Source: Felis catus (Eukaryota). From it: a DNA stretch of 64,000 bases. Positions 1 to 11,493 of this stretch are shown one piece after another; within the stretch, counting starts at the first letter, position 1; the number at the start of each line of letters is the position of its first letter. The stretch spans positions 81,098,001 through 81,162,000 of the forward strand of contig NC_058368.1 of the NCBI RefSeq assembly GCF_018350175.1, written 5' to 3'. The position numbers were made by a program, and so were the translations under genes. The notes below the pieces were generated by a model. It saw only the letters and a list, made by a program, of their open reading frames with translations, was not told where the DNA came from and did not search any database.

Positions 1-172
1 ACACACACCAACACACATGTACATACACCAGCACACGTGCATGCACACACACGTAGCACACACACCAGCATGCACACCACCGCATACATGCACCAGCATG
101 CATACACACACACCAGCACATACCAGCACACGTGCATGTACACCAGCACACACACACACACACACACACACA
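1..172. repeat. CA-rich degenerate microsatellite (ACAC/ACCAGC units)
   Basis: Directly visible; ends in a pure (CA)n run. Confidence 0.95.
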
Positions 173-994
173 CTCCTAGAACATCCCTGTCCGAAAGGAC
201 TTCTTACAATTATGGACATGTGCTCTGCGTTGTCCTGTGTGTCCACCCCTGGCAGTTGAGGGCTCACAGTGAGCCAGGGAGACCGAGGGACGGATTCCGA
301 TTTAAACTCTCGGCTGCCAAACCGGCCGGCCTGGCCCTGGAGCGGAAGCTCTGGGAGGGTGGGACGTTTTTTGCTCGCCTCTGTGTGCCCAGCACAGGGG
401 GCTTCGGGTCGTGTCTGTCAGCTCACTGATGGAAGCGGTCAGAGGACACCGGCCGGGCAGCTTGGCGAGGCCCTGAACCCGGCAGCCCACAGCCATTCGT
501 CCCCGCCCCCCACGCTCGCTCCAACACCGCACGTCCGTCGTCCAGAGAAGGAGACCGCCTGGACGGTGAGGCCTGTCGTGGTTCCTGCTGCTGTTGTTTT
601 GGTGCCAGATTACGTCCCTCTCGCTGTGAGAGGGATCAGAAGATCCCAGAGCCGATCAGAAGCCATACGTGTGTCCTATCCGATAACCTCCTTGGGCCGG
701 TGAACTCCAAATGTTTGCCCAGGGGAGACGCGGCACCAGCCAGTGTTCCCTGTCGTTGGCCGTGGATCTGCTCTCCCCACTGTCAGTGTCCTGGTGTCCC
801 CGAGCAGGGCGGGCCCTGTGACCCATCCCCGCGTCCCCATCTCCTCACACGTCAGCTTCTGAGGCGACCTCGCCGTAGCTCGGAGCAGGGCCACAGGCCC
901 TCGGTCCAGACCACCCACCTCCTTCAGCCTCCCCAGACCCTCTCTTTCCACTCCGCAGGCTCTGTAGTTTGAAGGCATCTACTTAGGAGGTGGC

Positions 995-1420
995 AGCCAG
1001 GTGACATCTGTCATTTAGGGTAAAAATTTACACAGTCATTGTCAGTGTTGTCACAGGGAAAGGATAAATTGTGATTATCCTTTGTGATGAGATGTCGTGC
1101 TTGCTTGGGGGTGATTCTGGCCACGCCGCCCAAGCGTCCCGGAGGGGATATGCGGGGGAAGGTGGTGCCCGCGTCGGCAGCACAGCGGGACAGGCCGTGA
1201 GGCGGTTACAGATTTGTGTGAAATGCTCGCCACGGAGAAGGGCCACTGCCAAGGGGCCGGCTGCCGCCTCAGTCCCGCCAGTTCCTTTGTGAGCAAAGTC
1301 GGGCAACCGTGAGACCCGAATGAAAATTGCCAGGAGGGGCGGACAAGTAGGGCGTCTGAGATGCAGCGGTGAATAAACAGACGCGAATGAGTGCGGTGAG
1401 CGGCTGGCCTTGGCCCGCGG
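995..1420. promoter_or_regulatory. Candidate enhancer-like non-repetitive element
   Basis: TGACATCTGTCA at 1002-1013 plus further TGTCA at 1040 and 1049; no repeat recognised; conservation not tested. Confidence 0.35.
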
Positions 1421-2619
1421 GACGGCTGGCCGCTCTGACAGCGACAGGAACCACGAGGCCCCCGGATAAATAGGTCTGTCCGCGTGCTGCTTCTCCAGGC
1501 CACACCTGCCTGTCACGGGCCACCCGGTCTGCGGCCCGGGAAGCCGAGTGTCCCCGGTGGCCCCGGAGGATAACAAAGGAGTAGCACCTGCCTCAGAGGC
1601 CCACGCGCTTCTCCCGGACGCCTCCTGCCGGCCTCCTGGCCTTCCTCCCTCCTGCTGGCCGCGGCCCCGGGCTTCTGGTCCCACCTTCCTGGCTCCGGGT
1701 CTGGGGCCCGCCTGCCCCCCCCCTCCCCACGCTTGCTCCAAGGCGGCAGCAAGGCGAGTGATGAGGACTCCGTCAGGGTGTTGTTAGGGCTGTCTGGGCT
1801 CACAATGGCCCATTTCTGGTGATTGGCAGCTACTTACACTCAGCCTCCCACTGAGCTATTGGTGAGTGTTCTTGTTCTCTGCAATTTTAAACTGTTCCTG
1901 GCCTGAATATTAATATGTAAGGTCCAGTACATGGGGGAAAAATAATGGCATTTAAACCCTTTAACATCGAATCTGGGTATAGCGAAATAATTCCAAAGTC
2001 TCCCCAGAAAGCTCTTAATTTAAGGTTGGCTGAGGCATGCAGGGCGGGGGCCGCATTGCTAATAAGTTGTTCAGTGCATATTCATATCTGGCTTGTATTA
2101 GGGCCACTTTTGAATGAAGAGGCTGGAAGAGACCCCACTCACATTCAAATAACACGTGATTACTGTTTAGTCTCTTTATACTCTATCTGGGTGCGTTCAG
2201 GCTATTACGTGAGACATTTTTAAAAACTTGTCACGAGAGGGACAATTTGGAACCAATTATACATAACGGATCATTTCGCACATCTTTATCTGGAATGTGA
2301 AACAACTCCTGCTTTTAATATCGTCTCTGTGTGTAATTTTTCCAAGGTAAATTATCCAGAACGTAAGAAAACGTTTTTTTTTTCCTCATTTAAATAAATT
2401 AGGTATTATTTTTCTGTATGATCAATGGGTTTAAACTTCCAAATGGCAGGCCTCGGTGGTCAGGGTTAGAATACTGAGCAAGATTGTTCCAAAGGCCAAC
2501 CCCGAGTCCCCAAAGTTGGGCTGGGGGCCTGGAGGCAGGGTCTTTTCTCCTGTCCAAACTCTCCCCAAATTCTGTCTTTATTTTATCCTGAAAAAAAGTG
2601 AATTCTCAAATCCTGTTTA

Positions 2620-2646
2620 CTATACACCTCTCATCCTTACTATATA

Positions 2647-2686
<40 letters not shown>

Positions 2687-2954
2687 TACACACACACACA
2701 CACTATATATATATATATATACTAGATACAGACATATACTATATACCTCTCACCCTTACTATATATACTATATAAATACTATACACATGCTATCTATATA
2801 TGCTATATCTCTCATCCTTACTATATATACTATATACATACACACTGTATATATATATATATATATATATGTATACATGTATATATACATATATATACAC
2901 ACTATATACATACATTTACTATATACCTATTTTTACTATATATACTACACACTC

Positions 2955-2993
<39 letters not shown>
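2620..2993. repeat. Compound (TA)n/(CA)n microsatellite with three copies of an internal ~30-bp unit
   Basis: Directly visible; CTCTCA(T/C)CCTTACTATATATACTATA recurs near 2628, 2747 and 2809. Confidence 0.95.
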
Positions 2994-2995
<2 letters not shown>

Positions 2996-3069
2996 GTTTA
3001 CTTTATGCCTCTCATTCTCACTACATCACGGTAGGGTAGAGACTGTCCACCTGAATTGTCTCTGCTACC

Positions 3070-3345
3070 AATGATCTGGGTCACCTGGCTGAGGTGCGCT
3101 TGTTAGTGTCCCACCGTTCGTTCATACTTTTCCCTCTTCCCATGGAAGGGAGCCGCTATGCACAGCCCCACGCTGGAGGAGGGGGTTACGCTCCACCTCC
3201 TGAGGGTGAAATAGCTTCATAAATTATTTGGAATCTTTCTTCGTGGGAAATCCATCTCTTCTGCCCAATTTATTTATTTATTCAATTATTTATATACATC
3301 AGTGTGGACCCATGGATACAGGAATCATTTGCTTGTGATTCCATC
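3070..3345 (-). mobile_element. Old L1 (L1MC/L1MD-like) 3' UTR fragment
   Basis: Motifs TCACCTGGCTGAGGT, GCTCCACCTCCTGAGGGTG and TAAATTATTTGGAAT resemble the recalled L1MC/MD 3' UTR. Confidence 0.7.
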
Positions 3346-3360
3346 CTTCTAAAGAACCAG

Positions 3361-4012
3361 CATATAGCTGTGGGTCCCTTTCTGGGTTTTCTGTTCTGTA
3401 CCGTCGATCTACCTGCCTGTTTCTGTGCTGTTACCATACTGTATTGATGACTACAGCTTTGTAGTGTAGCTCGAAGTCGTGAATTGTGATGCCTCCAGCT
3501 TTGTGTTTCTCTTTCAACATTGCTTTGGCTATTCAGGGTCTTTTGTGGTTCCATACAAATTTTGTGGTTGTTTGTTATAGCTCTGTGAAAAATGCTGGTG
3601 GTCTTTTGATGGGGATTGCATTGAATGTATAGACTACTTTGGGTAGTATGGACACTGTAACAGTGTTTGTTCTTCCAATCCATGAACATGGAATGTTTTT
3701 CCATTTCTTTCTGTCATCTTCAATTTCTTTCATAAGTGTTCTATAGTTTTCAGAATACAGATATTTTACCTCTTTGGTTGGGATTATTCATAGGTATATA
3801 ATTGTTTTTGGTGCGATTGTAAATGGGATTGATTCCTTGATTTCTCTTTCTGCTGCTTCATTATTGGTGTATACAAATGCAACAGAGGGGCGCCTGGATG
3901 GCTCAGTTGGTTGAGTGTCCAACACTTGATTTCGGCTCAGATTGTGATCTCATGGTTCATGGGATTGAGACTCAAGTCAGACTCTGTGCTGACAGTGCAG
4001 AGCCTGCTTGGG

Positions 4013-4064
<52 letters not shown>

Positions 4065-4200
4065 CCTGCCCCACTCATGCACTCTCTCTCTCAAAAAATA
4101 ATAATAATAGATAAATAAACTTTAAAAAAGTGTTGATTTTGTATCCTATGACTTTACTAAATTTGTGCCCCAGTTCTAGCAATTTTTTTGGTTTTGGGGA
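3361..4200 (-). mobile_element. Carnivore L1 ORF2 fragment, inverted 5' segment of a twin-primed insertion (interrupted by a SINE)
   Basis: Minus strand reads as L1 ORF2 (…ATGGAAAAACATTCCATGTTCATGGATTGGAAGA…), ending at …AACCCAGAAAGGGACCCACAGCTATATG. Confidence 0.9.
3887..4129 (+). mobile_element. CAN-SINE (SINEC_Fc-type), full length
   Basis: GGGGCGCCTGGATGGCTCAGTTGGTT head, (CT)n tract, A-rich tail. Confidence 0.95.
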
Positions 4201-4807
4201 TTTCAACAAAGCAGGAAAGAATATCCAGTGGAAAAAAGACAATCTCTTCAACAAGTGATTTTGGGAAAACTGGACAGCTATATGCAAAAGAATGGAACTG
4301 GGCCACTTTCTTACACTATACACAAAAAGAAATCCAAATAGATGAAAGATCTAAATTTGAGACAGGAAACCATCAAAATCCTAGAGCAGAACACAGGAAG
4401 CAATCTTTTGACCTCAGCCATAACAAGTTATTTCCAGACATGTCTCCAGAGGCAAAGGAAACAAAAGCTAACATGAACTATTGGGACTTCATCAAGATAA
4501 AAAGCTTTTGCACCGCAAAAGAAACAACAAAACTAGAAGCCAGCTTATAGAATGGGAGAAGATATTTGCAAATGACATGTCTGATAAAGTGTTAGTATCC
4601 AAAATCCATAAAGAACTTCTAAAACTCGGCACCCAAAAGGCAAATAATCCATTGAAGAAATGGGCAGAAGACACGAATAGACATTTTTCCAAGGAAGACA
4701 TCCTGATGGCCAACAGACACATGAAAAGATGCTCAACATCACTCATCATCAGGGGAATACAAATCAAAACCACAATGAGATACCAACTCACCTGTCACAA
4801 TGGCTAA
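4201..4807 (+). mobile_element. Carnivore L1 ORF2 fragment (forward segment)
   Basis: ORF track peptides [15 protein letters not shown] and WEKIFAN…[16 protein letters not shown]…IKTTMRY are typical of the L1 ORF2p C-terminal region. Confidence 0.95.
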
Positions 4808-4951
4808 CTCGCAGTTTGTGGGTTCAAGCCCCACATTGGCCTGCTTGGGATTCTCTCTCTCTCCCTCTCTTTCTGCCTCTCCCCTGCTCTCTCTCTTTCT
4901 CTCTCAAAATAAATAAATAAACCTAAAGAAAAAAGAAACATGAAAAAAAAA
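4808..4951 (+). mobile_element. 5'-truncated, internally deleted CAN-SINE fused directly to L1 ORF2
   Basis: CTCGCAGTTTGTGGGTTCAAGCCCC…CCTGCTTGGGATTCTC(CT)n…AAAATAAATAAA and A tail. Confidence 0.85.
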
Positions 4952-5723
4952 GTAGAACCAACACCCATGAATAGTATTTATGAGGGAAATAACACACACT
5001 CTGAAATGATTCATTTGCTAAAACATGGCAGGAGGCTAGGAGATATTTCTTAAATATAAGTGTTCATTGATTTTATAAAGTACCTTCTAGAATGAAATGA
5101 TACGTAGTTAATGATACATAGTTAATATGTAGTAAAGCTACATGCCCCCTTTCTGTAATCTCATATTACTATGCCCACTCATTTATTCACTCACACCATT
5201 AAAACTAATCCTAGGGATAGTGTCTTGATATTTACCTTTTTTCCTGATACATAGTTCAATCACTTATGTTGGGTCTTCACAATCTTGTAACTGAAAGATA
5301 AATCTGTAAACCTTATATTAGTCTACATAGCAGTCCATCTACCCCACCTATCTTAATGAGCTGTCCACATGGGAACTAAGGAATGAACAAAATAGGCAAT
5401 CCGTGTCCCTGGGAGGCCCATGTTACAGTCAGGTGGACCTTCGGTGTAGACACACATGAGTAAGAGAACAAGAGCATTTTCAGCAGGGATGTGTGTCGTA
5501 AAGAAAGCAGAACAGAGCAAGGAGAGGGCAGGACATTCGCATAAGGGAGGGTGGGTCTGAGATGTTTGTACTGTCGTATTAGTTTCAAAGTCATTTCACT
5601 CCTGAGTCACAGTAGCAGGTATCTGTATATAATTTCTTCATGACGGCAATTGCATAAATGCACGTAATTTGTGGGTAGAAATGGTATAGATCTTTTCTGC
5701 TTACGTAACAACTAACGGCTTTT

Positions 5724-5758
5724 TACACTTGATCGTAGCCAGAAGGCCAAGAAGTAAT
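5724..5758 (-). pseudogene. RNU2: 3'-truncated U2 snRNA retro-pseudogene (first 35 nt)
   Basis: Reverse complement ATTACTTCTTGGCCTTCTGGCTACGATCAAGTGTA vs U2 5' end ATCGCTTCTCGGCCTTTTGGCTAAGATCAAGTGTA (30/35); flanking GCTTTTTA repeats at 5718-5725 and 5762-5769. Confidence 0.85.
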
Positions 5759-5789
5759 AGAGCTTTTTAGAGCTCGCAGAACCATCCAC

Positions 5790-5990
5790 AGACCTTACAG
5801 CATTTTATCACATCTCAACAATCCCGTGGAGGAGGGATAGCTAAAGAGCACAGGGGTTTATCATCCGCTTCACTTCACAGCTGTGATGTTTTTGGAGGAG
5901 AGACCTTCAGTAGCCTGTCCAATGCTCTGAGCTAGTAAGTGGTACAAACGGGACCCACATTTAGATTTTAGGACCCCAACTTCACTGCTG
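5790..5990 (-). mobile_element. MIR (degenerate)
   Basis: CTCAACAATCCCGTGGAGG…TTCACAG…GAGCTAGTAAGTGG pattern of antisense MIR. Confidence 0.55.
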
Positions 5991-6339
5991 CAAGCCTCCT
6001 GGCATTTACAAAGCTCGGGTTATTGAAAATCCATCTGATTTCATTCAGACCGTCTGTGAAAATGCTATGAGTCTCAGATGTAAGGTGTATTGTCATCAGG
6101 AGCTATGGGGGAATCTTGGCCAGTCCTCCATTGGGTTAAAAACAAAGCCAGTGTTATTGTCAACTGGAGAGGTGGAAATCGGGCCCTTGCCTGACAGCTG
6201 CCCCTTCTCAGTCCCTAATAGGGAAACAAGTTTAAAATCCAAAATCATCCAACTCTTCTGCCATCCAGGTGACGAGCACTCTACTTAAGACTCTTCATTT
6301 GTTGAATCTCACCATCAACCAACATGAGTTGATCAATCA

Positions 6340-7470
6340 ACACATATTAGCACCACCTAATTTCCAAATTCTGAATGCCAAGTTCCAGAGATACACGCAG
6401 ACAGCCCTTCCCCTCATAGAGCTTAGAGTCTAGCCAAGGAGATAAATACTAAACAAATTATTCCATCCATCCCATTCATCCATCATCCATCCATTCATCC
6501 ACTGTCCATCTATTCGTTATCTATCCATCATCCATCCATCCATCATCCGTCATCCTTCCATCCATCATCCATCCATCCATCCATCCATCCACTCAGCAAG
6601 TGTAAATGGACAAAGAGCTGGGAAGGAAGAGTCCTAGGGACTGTGGCAGTGCAGGGCAGAGGCCCAGCCTAAGTTGGGGTGAGCATAAAAAAGATTCTCA
6701 AAGAAGTGATACTGAGTGTGAGCCAGACTAGAGGGCAAGAAAGTTCCAAAAAGGGCATCATTTGTGAGAAGACTTTTCACTTCTGGGAAACTGGAAGACC
6801 AGAATGGTGAAGCATGGAAAGGAGGAGGAAATGACAAGAGCTAACTTCGAGACCAGTCCCCTTTACCTCAAGCATAAAGCCCTAAGTGCAGGGCTTCTTG
6901 TGGCCCCTTGACCTCTTCTCCTCTCACTTTGCCATGCTCACGTGCCCCAACACATCCGGGTAAGACCCCAGGTGCTCACCTTTGCACCTGCCATCACAGC
7001 GCCCAGAGCATCTCTGCAGACAAGTGTGGGGCTCATTCCCTCACCTCTTTTGTCCTTGTCCACATGCCTCCTCACAGTGAGGCCCTGGCCACCCTGTTTG
7101 TACAGCAAACTCTGAGTCCCTGGGACTCCTCATGCCTGTATCTTGATCCACTTTTCCCAGGATTTTTGTCTTCTAGCGTGCTGTTGATTTCCTTGTTTTG
7201 TTTGGTGTCTAACTTCCCTCGAATGTGGTCTCTGTAATGCATGGGTTTTTCTCTGTTGTGTTCACAGATGTGGCCCTAGTGGTTAGGACATTGCATGGTT
7301 CTCTCAATAAACATTGGTGGAAACAATGCAGTGGAGGACCATTGAGGGATTTTAGGCAGGAGAGTGATGTGGTAACATTTGCACTATTAAAAGATTATTG
7401 TCTGCAATGAGGTGAATGGTTTGGAGGGGAGCCAGGGTTCTAGGGAGTGACCAGGTAGGATTTGATCAAA
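6340..7470. mobile_element. Cluster of L2 fragments in both orientations
   Basis: CCCCTCATAGAGCTTAGAGTCTAG and GAGGGATTTTAGGCAGGAGAGTGATGTGGT (antisense L2); CCTTTGCACCTGCC…CTCAATAAACATTGGTGG (sense L2 3' end). Confidence 0.6.
6463..6591. repeat. (CCAT)n tetranucleotide repeat, imperfect
   Basis: Directly visible. Confidence 0.95.
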
Positions 7471-8664
7471 ATTCGTTTGGCCGCTATTCCTGGAGGTTGC
7501 AGAATAGATGTGGCCATAGAGGGAATATTGTCTGTAAAATGGTTTTAGGCTTCCAGACAAAAATAAACCTTACCTAAAAATTAGGTGACCTCCGAGGAAG
7601 AGGGCCCAGAACGACACTTGGGGGTTTGACCCCCATTACCTACGTGGGTACATAAACCATGCCCATGTAGGTAGAAGCAGGCAGCTCCCAGGGCCAGCTG
7701 TGCCTCCTGCCAGCTTCAAGCAAACGAGAGAAAGCTCCAAAAGGAGTCCATGCTGGGTAGCCAAATGCAGCACTAGAACAAACAGGAGTCATCAAAGGGA
7801 TCCAAGTTTCATTACGGAAGATAGGCTCTTGGGGTTGGGAGTCTGGGACTGCAGACATGGGACCCTCCGTGGGTAGATAAGATGTCCCCGTGGGTATCCT
7901 ACTTGCTCTCAGCATACAGGGGCAGGGTCTCTGGCCACCAGGAGGGGACAGAGGCCTGGAGGTCTAAGGGTTCCCCGGGAACCTATTCCAGAACTGCTAT
8001 TTCCAGAAGACAGGACCACTTCTTTCCCTCAGAACCACCTCTCGCAGGGGCCACGAGACTTCCTAGGCCAACACCACATTGAATCCCCATCAGCACAGCC
8101 CATGTTTGGGTCACAGGGAGCAGCAGGCCTACACTGCAAGGTGTCCTAGACATGGCGATGCTAGAACAGAAGCAGGGTTTTAGAATCCGTCAGAGAGAGA
8201 TGATGGACCTCGACTCCCTTTGTCATTGAACCACTGGGACATATGTTGCCCCAGAGAAACTTTCTCTGAGCTGCAGAGAAGAATGAGAGTGGATTCTGGG
8301 AAGGGTAGAAACCAGAGATGTCCCACTCCTGCTGGAAGCTTCTTAGACTCCTGGCAAGACTTGGGTCCTACAGATTTCCCCATAAACACTAGTTGAGATG
8401 CTCATACTCAGCAGTTCTCAAAGTAAGTCTGTAGGCCCCTGGAGGTCTTCGAGACCTCACAAGGCCCCACAGGGTCAGAACCATTTGCACAAGAGCCGGG
8501 GCTAGCTTCACGGGCCTGCGTCTAAGAGGGTCCCATGCAGGGTCCATTGAGCTGCTGTTAGACTCTCCAAATTCGTAACAATTTCTAAACAAGGGGTCCC
8601 GTTTTCGTTTTGCATGGGGCCCTATGACCTTTGTGCTTGGTCCTGAAGACAGTTCTTAGACAAG

Positions 8665-9228
8665 TGTGGTAGTTAGAGTTCTAGGACGTGCCCGCACTGT
8701 GCACCCCTCGGAAGCATCCCTCTCTGAGTGGGGGGTGGGCCCAGTGTCGCCCCTGTGACTGTGCTCCATTACATGGCCAAAGGGCTGTCGCGGATATCAT
8801 CAAGGTCTCAAATGGGTGGACTTTGAGTTAATCGAAGAGATCATCTTGCATGGGTCTGTCCTAATCAGGTGAGCCCTTGGAAAACAGAGATTTTCTCCAG
8901 AGGGAGAAAGCCAACAGCCCTGCTGGGAATGGTCTGCAGGGGGGCCACTGCCAGGAGCTGGGAGTGGCCCCTGGCGGGAGCTAGCAAGCAGGCAAGGACC
9001 TTAGCCATGTGGCCACAAGGAACTGAATTCTGCCTGAACGGGTTCGGAAGAGGAGCCCAAGTGCTGACAAGAACCACACGTGGACTGCAGCTATGGGAGA
9101 CCTGAGCCCAGGACGTGGCTAAGCTCTGCCCAGACTCCTCGTCCACAGAAGTCGTGGGAGAACAGACGTGTCTTGTTTGTGGCTGCTCAGTTTGTGGTAG
9201 TTTGCTTTGCGGCCCCAGAAAAGGAGCG
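8665..9228 (+). mobile_element. ERVL-MaLR solo LTR (MLT1E/F-like)
   Basis: TGTGGTAG start, TTACATGGCCAAAGG, CTTTGAGTTAATC, CTAATCAGGTGAGCCCTT, CAAGGAACTGAATTCTGCC, AGTTTGTGGTAGTTTG near end. Confidence 0.8.
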
Positions 9229-9415
9229 GGATGTTGTGTGCATCTGTCACCATGTTGGCATCTGCACGGGCGGCAAGGTGCCTGGAGCCTTAGCGTGGAC
9301 CCGCGCCCCAGGAGCCACCACCCTCTTCACTGCCACGCACTTGCAGCGGGGAAAGCCGGCTGCACCTACGAATGTCCTGGAGGGAGCAGCAGAGAGTTTC
9401 ACTGTATTAGATCTT

Positions 9416-9566
9416 TATTTTTTTAATGTTTATTTTTTATTTGTGAGAGAGGGGGAGGGGACAGGCAGAGAGAGAGGGAGACACAGAATCCGAAGCAGGC
9501 TCCAGGCTCTGAGCTGTCGGCACAGAGCCCGACGCGGGGCTCGAACTCACGAGCTGCGAGATCATC
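9416..9566 (-). mobile_element. 5'-truncated CAN-SINE
   Basis: Antisense SINEC body; TSD TATTAG(A/G)TCTT at 9405-9415 and 9571-9581. Confidence 0.9.
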
Positions 9567-9730
9567 GCTTTATTAGGTCTTGGGCCTTGAGCACGTGTCT
9601 TTTTAGTCCCTGTTTCTGCTGCCAACTGGAGCTTGCTGGCTGTCTCAGGAAGAGTACTGTGTTGGTGGCTCAATTTGCAGCCGAACTAACCACTCCTCCC
9701 ACCGAGCACCAATGTGCTTGGAGAGATTTC

Positions 9731-10178
9731 CTTTTTTTTTTTTTTTTTTTTTTGATATTAAATACAATTTATTGTCAAACTGGTTTGCATACAACACCCA
9801 GTGCTCATCCCAACAGGTGCCCTCCTCAATGCCCATCACCCTCTCTCCCCTCTCCCCCACCCCCATCCACCCTCAGTTTGTTCTCAGTTTTTAAGAGTCT
9901 CTTATGGTTTGCCTCCCTCCCTCTCTGTAACTTTTTCCCCCTCCCCCTCCCCCCTGGTCTTCTGTTAAGTTTCTCAAGATCCACATATGAGTGAAAACAT
10001 ATGCTATCTGTCCTTCTCTGACTTATTTCACTCAGCATAATACCCTCCGGTTCCATCCACGTTGCTGCAAATGGCCGGATTTCATTCTTTCTCATTGCCA
10101 AGTAGTATTCCATTGTGTATGTAAACCGCATCTTCTTTATCCACTCGTCAGTCGGTGGACGTTTAGGCTCTGCATAGT
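9731..10178 (-). mobile_element. Young felid L1 3' end (5'-truncated)
   Basis: Long poly-T, L1_Fc-type 3' UTR, ORF2 C-terminus TMEYYLAMRKNEI…; perfect 13-bp TSD TTGGAGAGATTTC at 9718-9730 and 10179-10191. Confidence 0.95.
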
Positions 10179-11061
10179 TTGGAGAGATTTCTAAGAGACG
10201 GCCAGTACTTGTTCAGACTTGCGTGCTCGGCGGACGTTCCGCAAATCCATCCCTTCAGCGACGGTAAGTGGCAGTATTTGTTGTCAGCACTGAAAATCTG
10301 AATGTTCAGGTGAAAGTTAGAATTCAGGACAACTTATCATGCTCCCATGAGCTTGAGGTGCCCCCGTGCTTCAAGACGCTGCTCCTGAGATGTGGTGATC
10401 TTAACACGTGTGATCTTAACAAGGGTGATTTAAAAAAAGTTGATAAAATTTATGATGGCTTGGAAGATTTGCATAACCGTGGCGAGCCAGTAATTTCCAG
10501 GTGACAGTGCATGGCAGCACAAAACCATCCTTCAAAGGGCAAAGCCGACCAACACGCTTCAATGTGGTCACACACAACTTTATTTCTGCGGCCCCGGATT
10601 CCACAGTTACCCCGTGAGACACCGCCGCTGTCTGTGTTTTGGTGGAGAAACAAAGAAAAAAACCCACGACCTCCTGAAAAGGCCATTATAACACTGCTCC
10701 CTCCTGCAACTGCAAGTCTGTATGAGGCTGGTGAGGCTGGACTTTCTTCGTGCATTCCAACCAGAGCAACACGCAGCAACAGACTCAATCCAGAAGGAGG
10801 ATGAGAATCCGGCTGCCTTCATTGACCAAGGCATCAAAGACATTTGCAAAAATGTAAAAAATAATGCCATTCTTCTCACTGATTTTTTTTTTTTAGAAAA
10901 TACACTTATTTTCATACAGATATGTTACTTGAATTAATGGATAACGGGTTTATTACAGTTATTTTTTACATTAAATATGTAAACATTTTCATACCTTTAA
11001 CTTCTAAAACAATAGTAAATATGACCCATAGAAACAAAATCTTTTTGTTTTCCCATGACTT

Positions 11062-11288
11062 TTTTAAAAAAAATTTTTTAATGTTTATTCACTTCTAAGA
11101 GAGAGAGAGAGAGAGACAGAGTATGAACGTGGGAGGAACAGAAAAGAGAGGGAGACACAGAATCTGAACAGGCTCCAGGCTCCGAGCTGTCAGCACAGAG
11201 CCCGACGCGAGGCTCAAACTCATGAACCACGAGATCATGACCTGAGCTGAAGTTGGACCCTTAACCGACTGAGCCACCCAGGTGCCCC
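11062..11288 (-). mobile_element. CAN-SINE
   Basis: Antisense SINEC ending …GAGCCACCCAGGTGCCCC. Confidence 0.95.
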
Positions 11289-11295
11289 TCCATGA

Positions 11296-11493
11296 TTTTT
11301 TTTAAATGCTTATTTATTTATTTATTTTTGAGAGTAGGGGAGAGGCAGAGAAGGGGAGACAAAGAATCCCAAGCAGGCTCTGTACTGACAATGTAGAGCC
11401 TGATGTAGGGCTCAAACTTGTGAACCGTGAGATCATGACCTGAGCTGACACCAAGAATCGGACACTCAACCCACTGAGCCACCCAGGTGCCCC
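11296..11493 (-). mobile_element. CAN-SINE (tandem with the previous one)
   Basis: Antisense SINEC ending …GAGCCACCCAGGTGCCCC. Confidence 0.95.

Noticed and set aside
3887..3975. SINE heads as tRNA genes
   Set aside because: They are tRNA-derived CAN-SINE heads followed by a CT tract and A tail, not tRNA genes
9080..9994. Longest ORF (304 aa) as a gene
   Set aside because: It runs through an LTR, Charlie1, an antisense SINE, poly-T and an antisense L1; a chance read-through
10511..10937. 97-aa and 71-aa ORFs as exons
   Set aside because: They lie in the frameshifted Charlie1 transposase remnant
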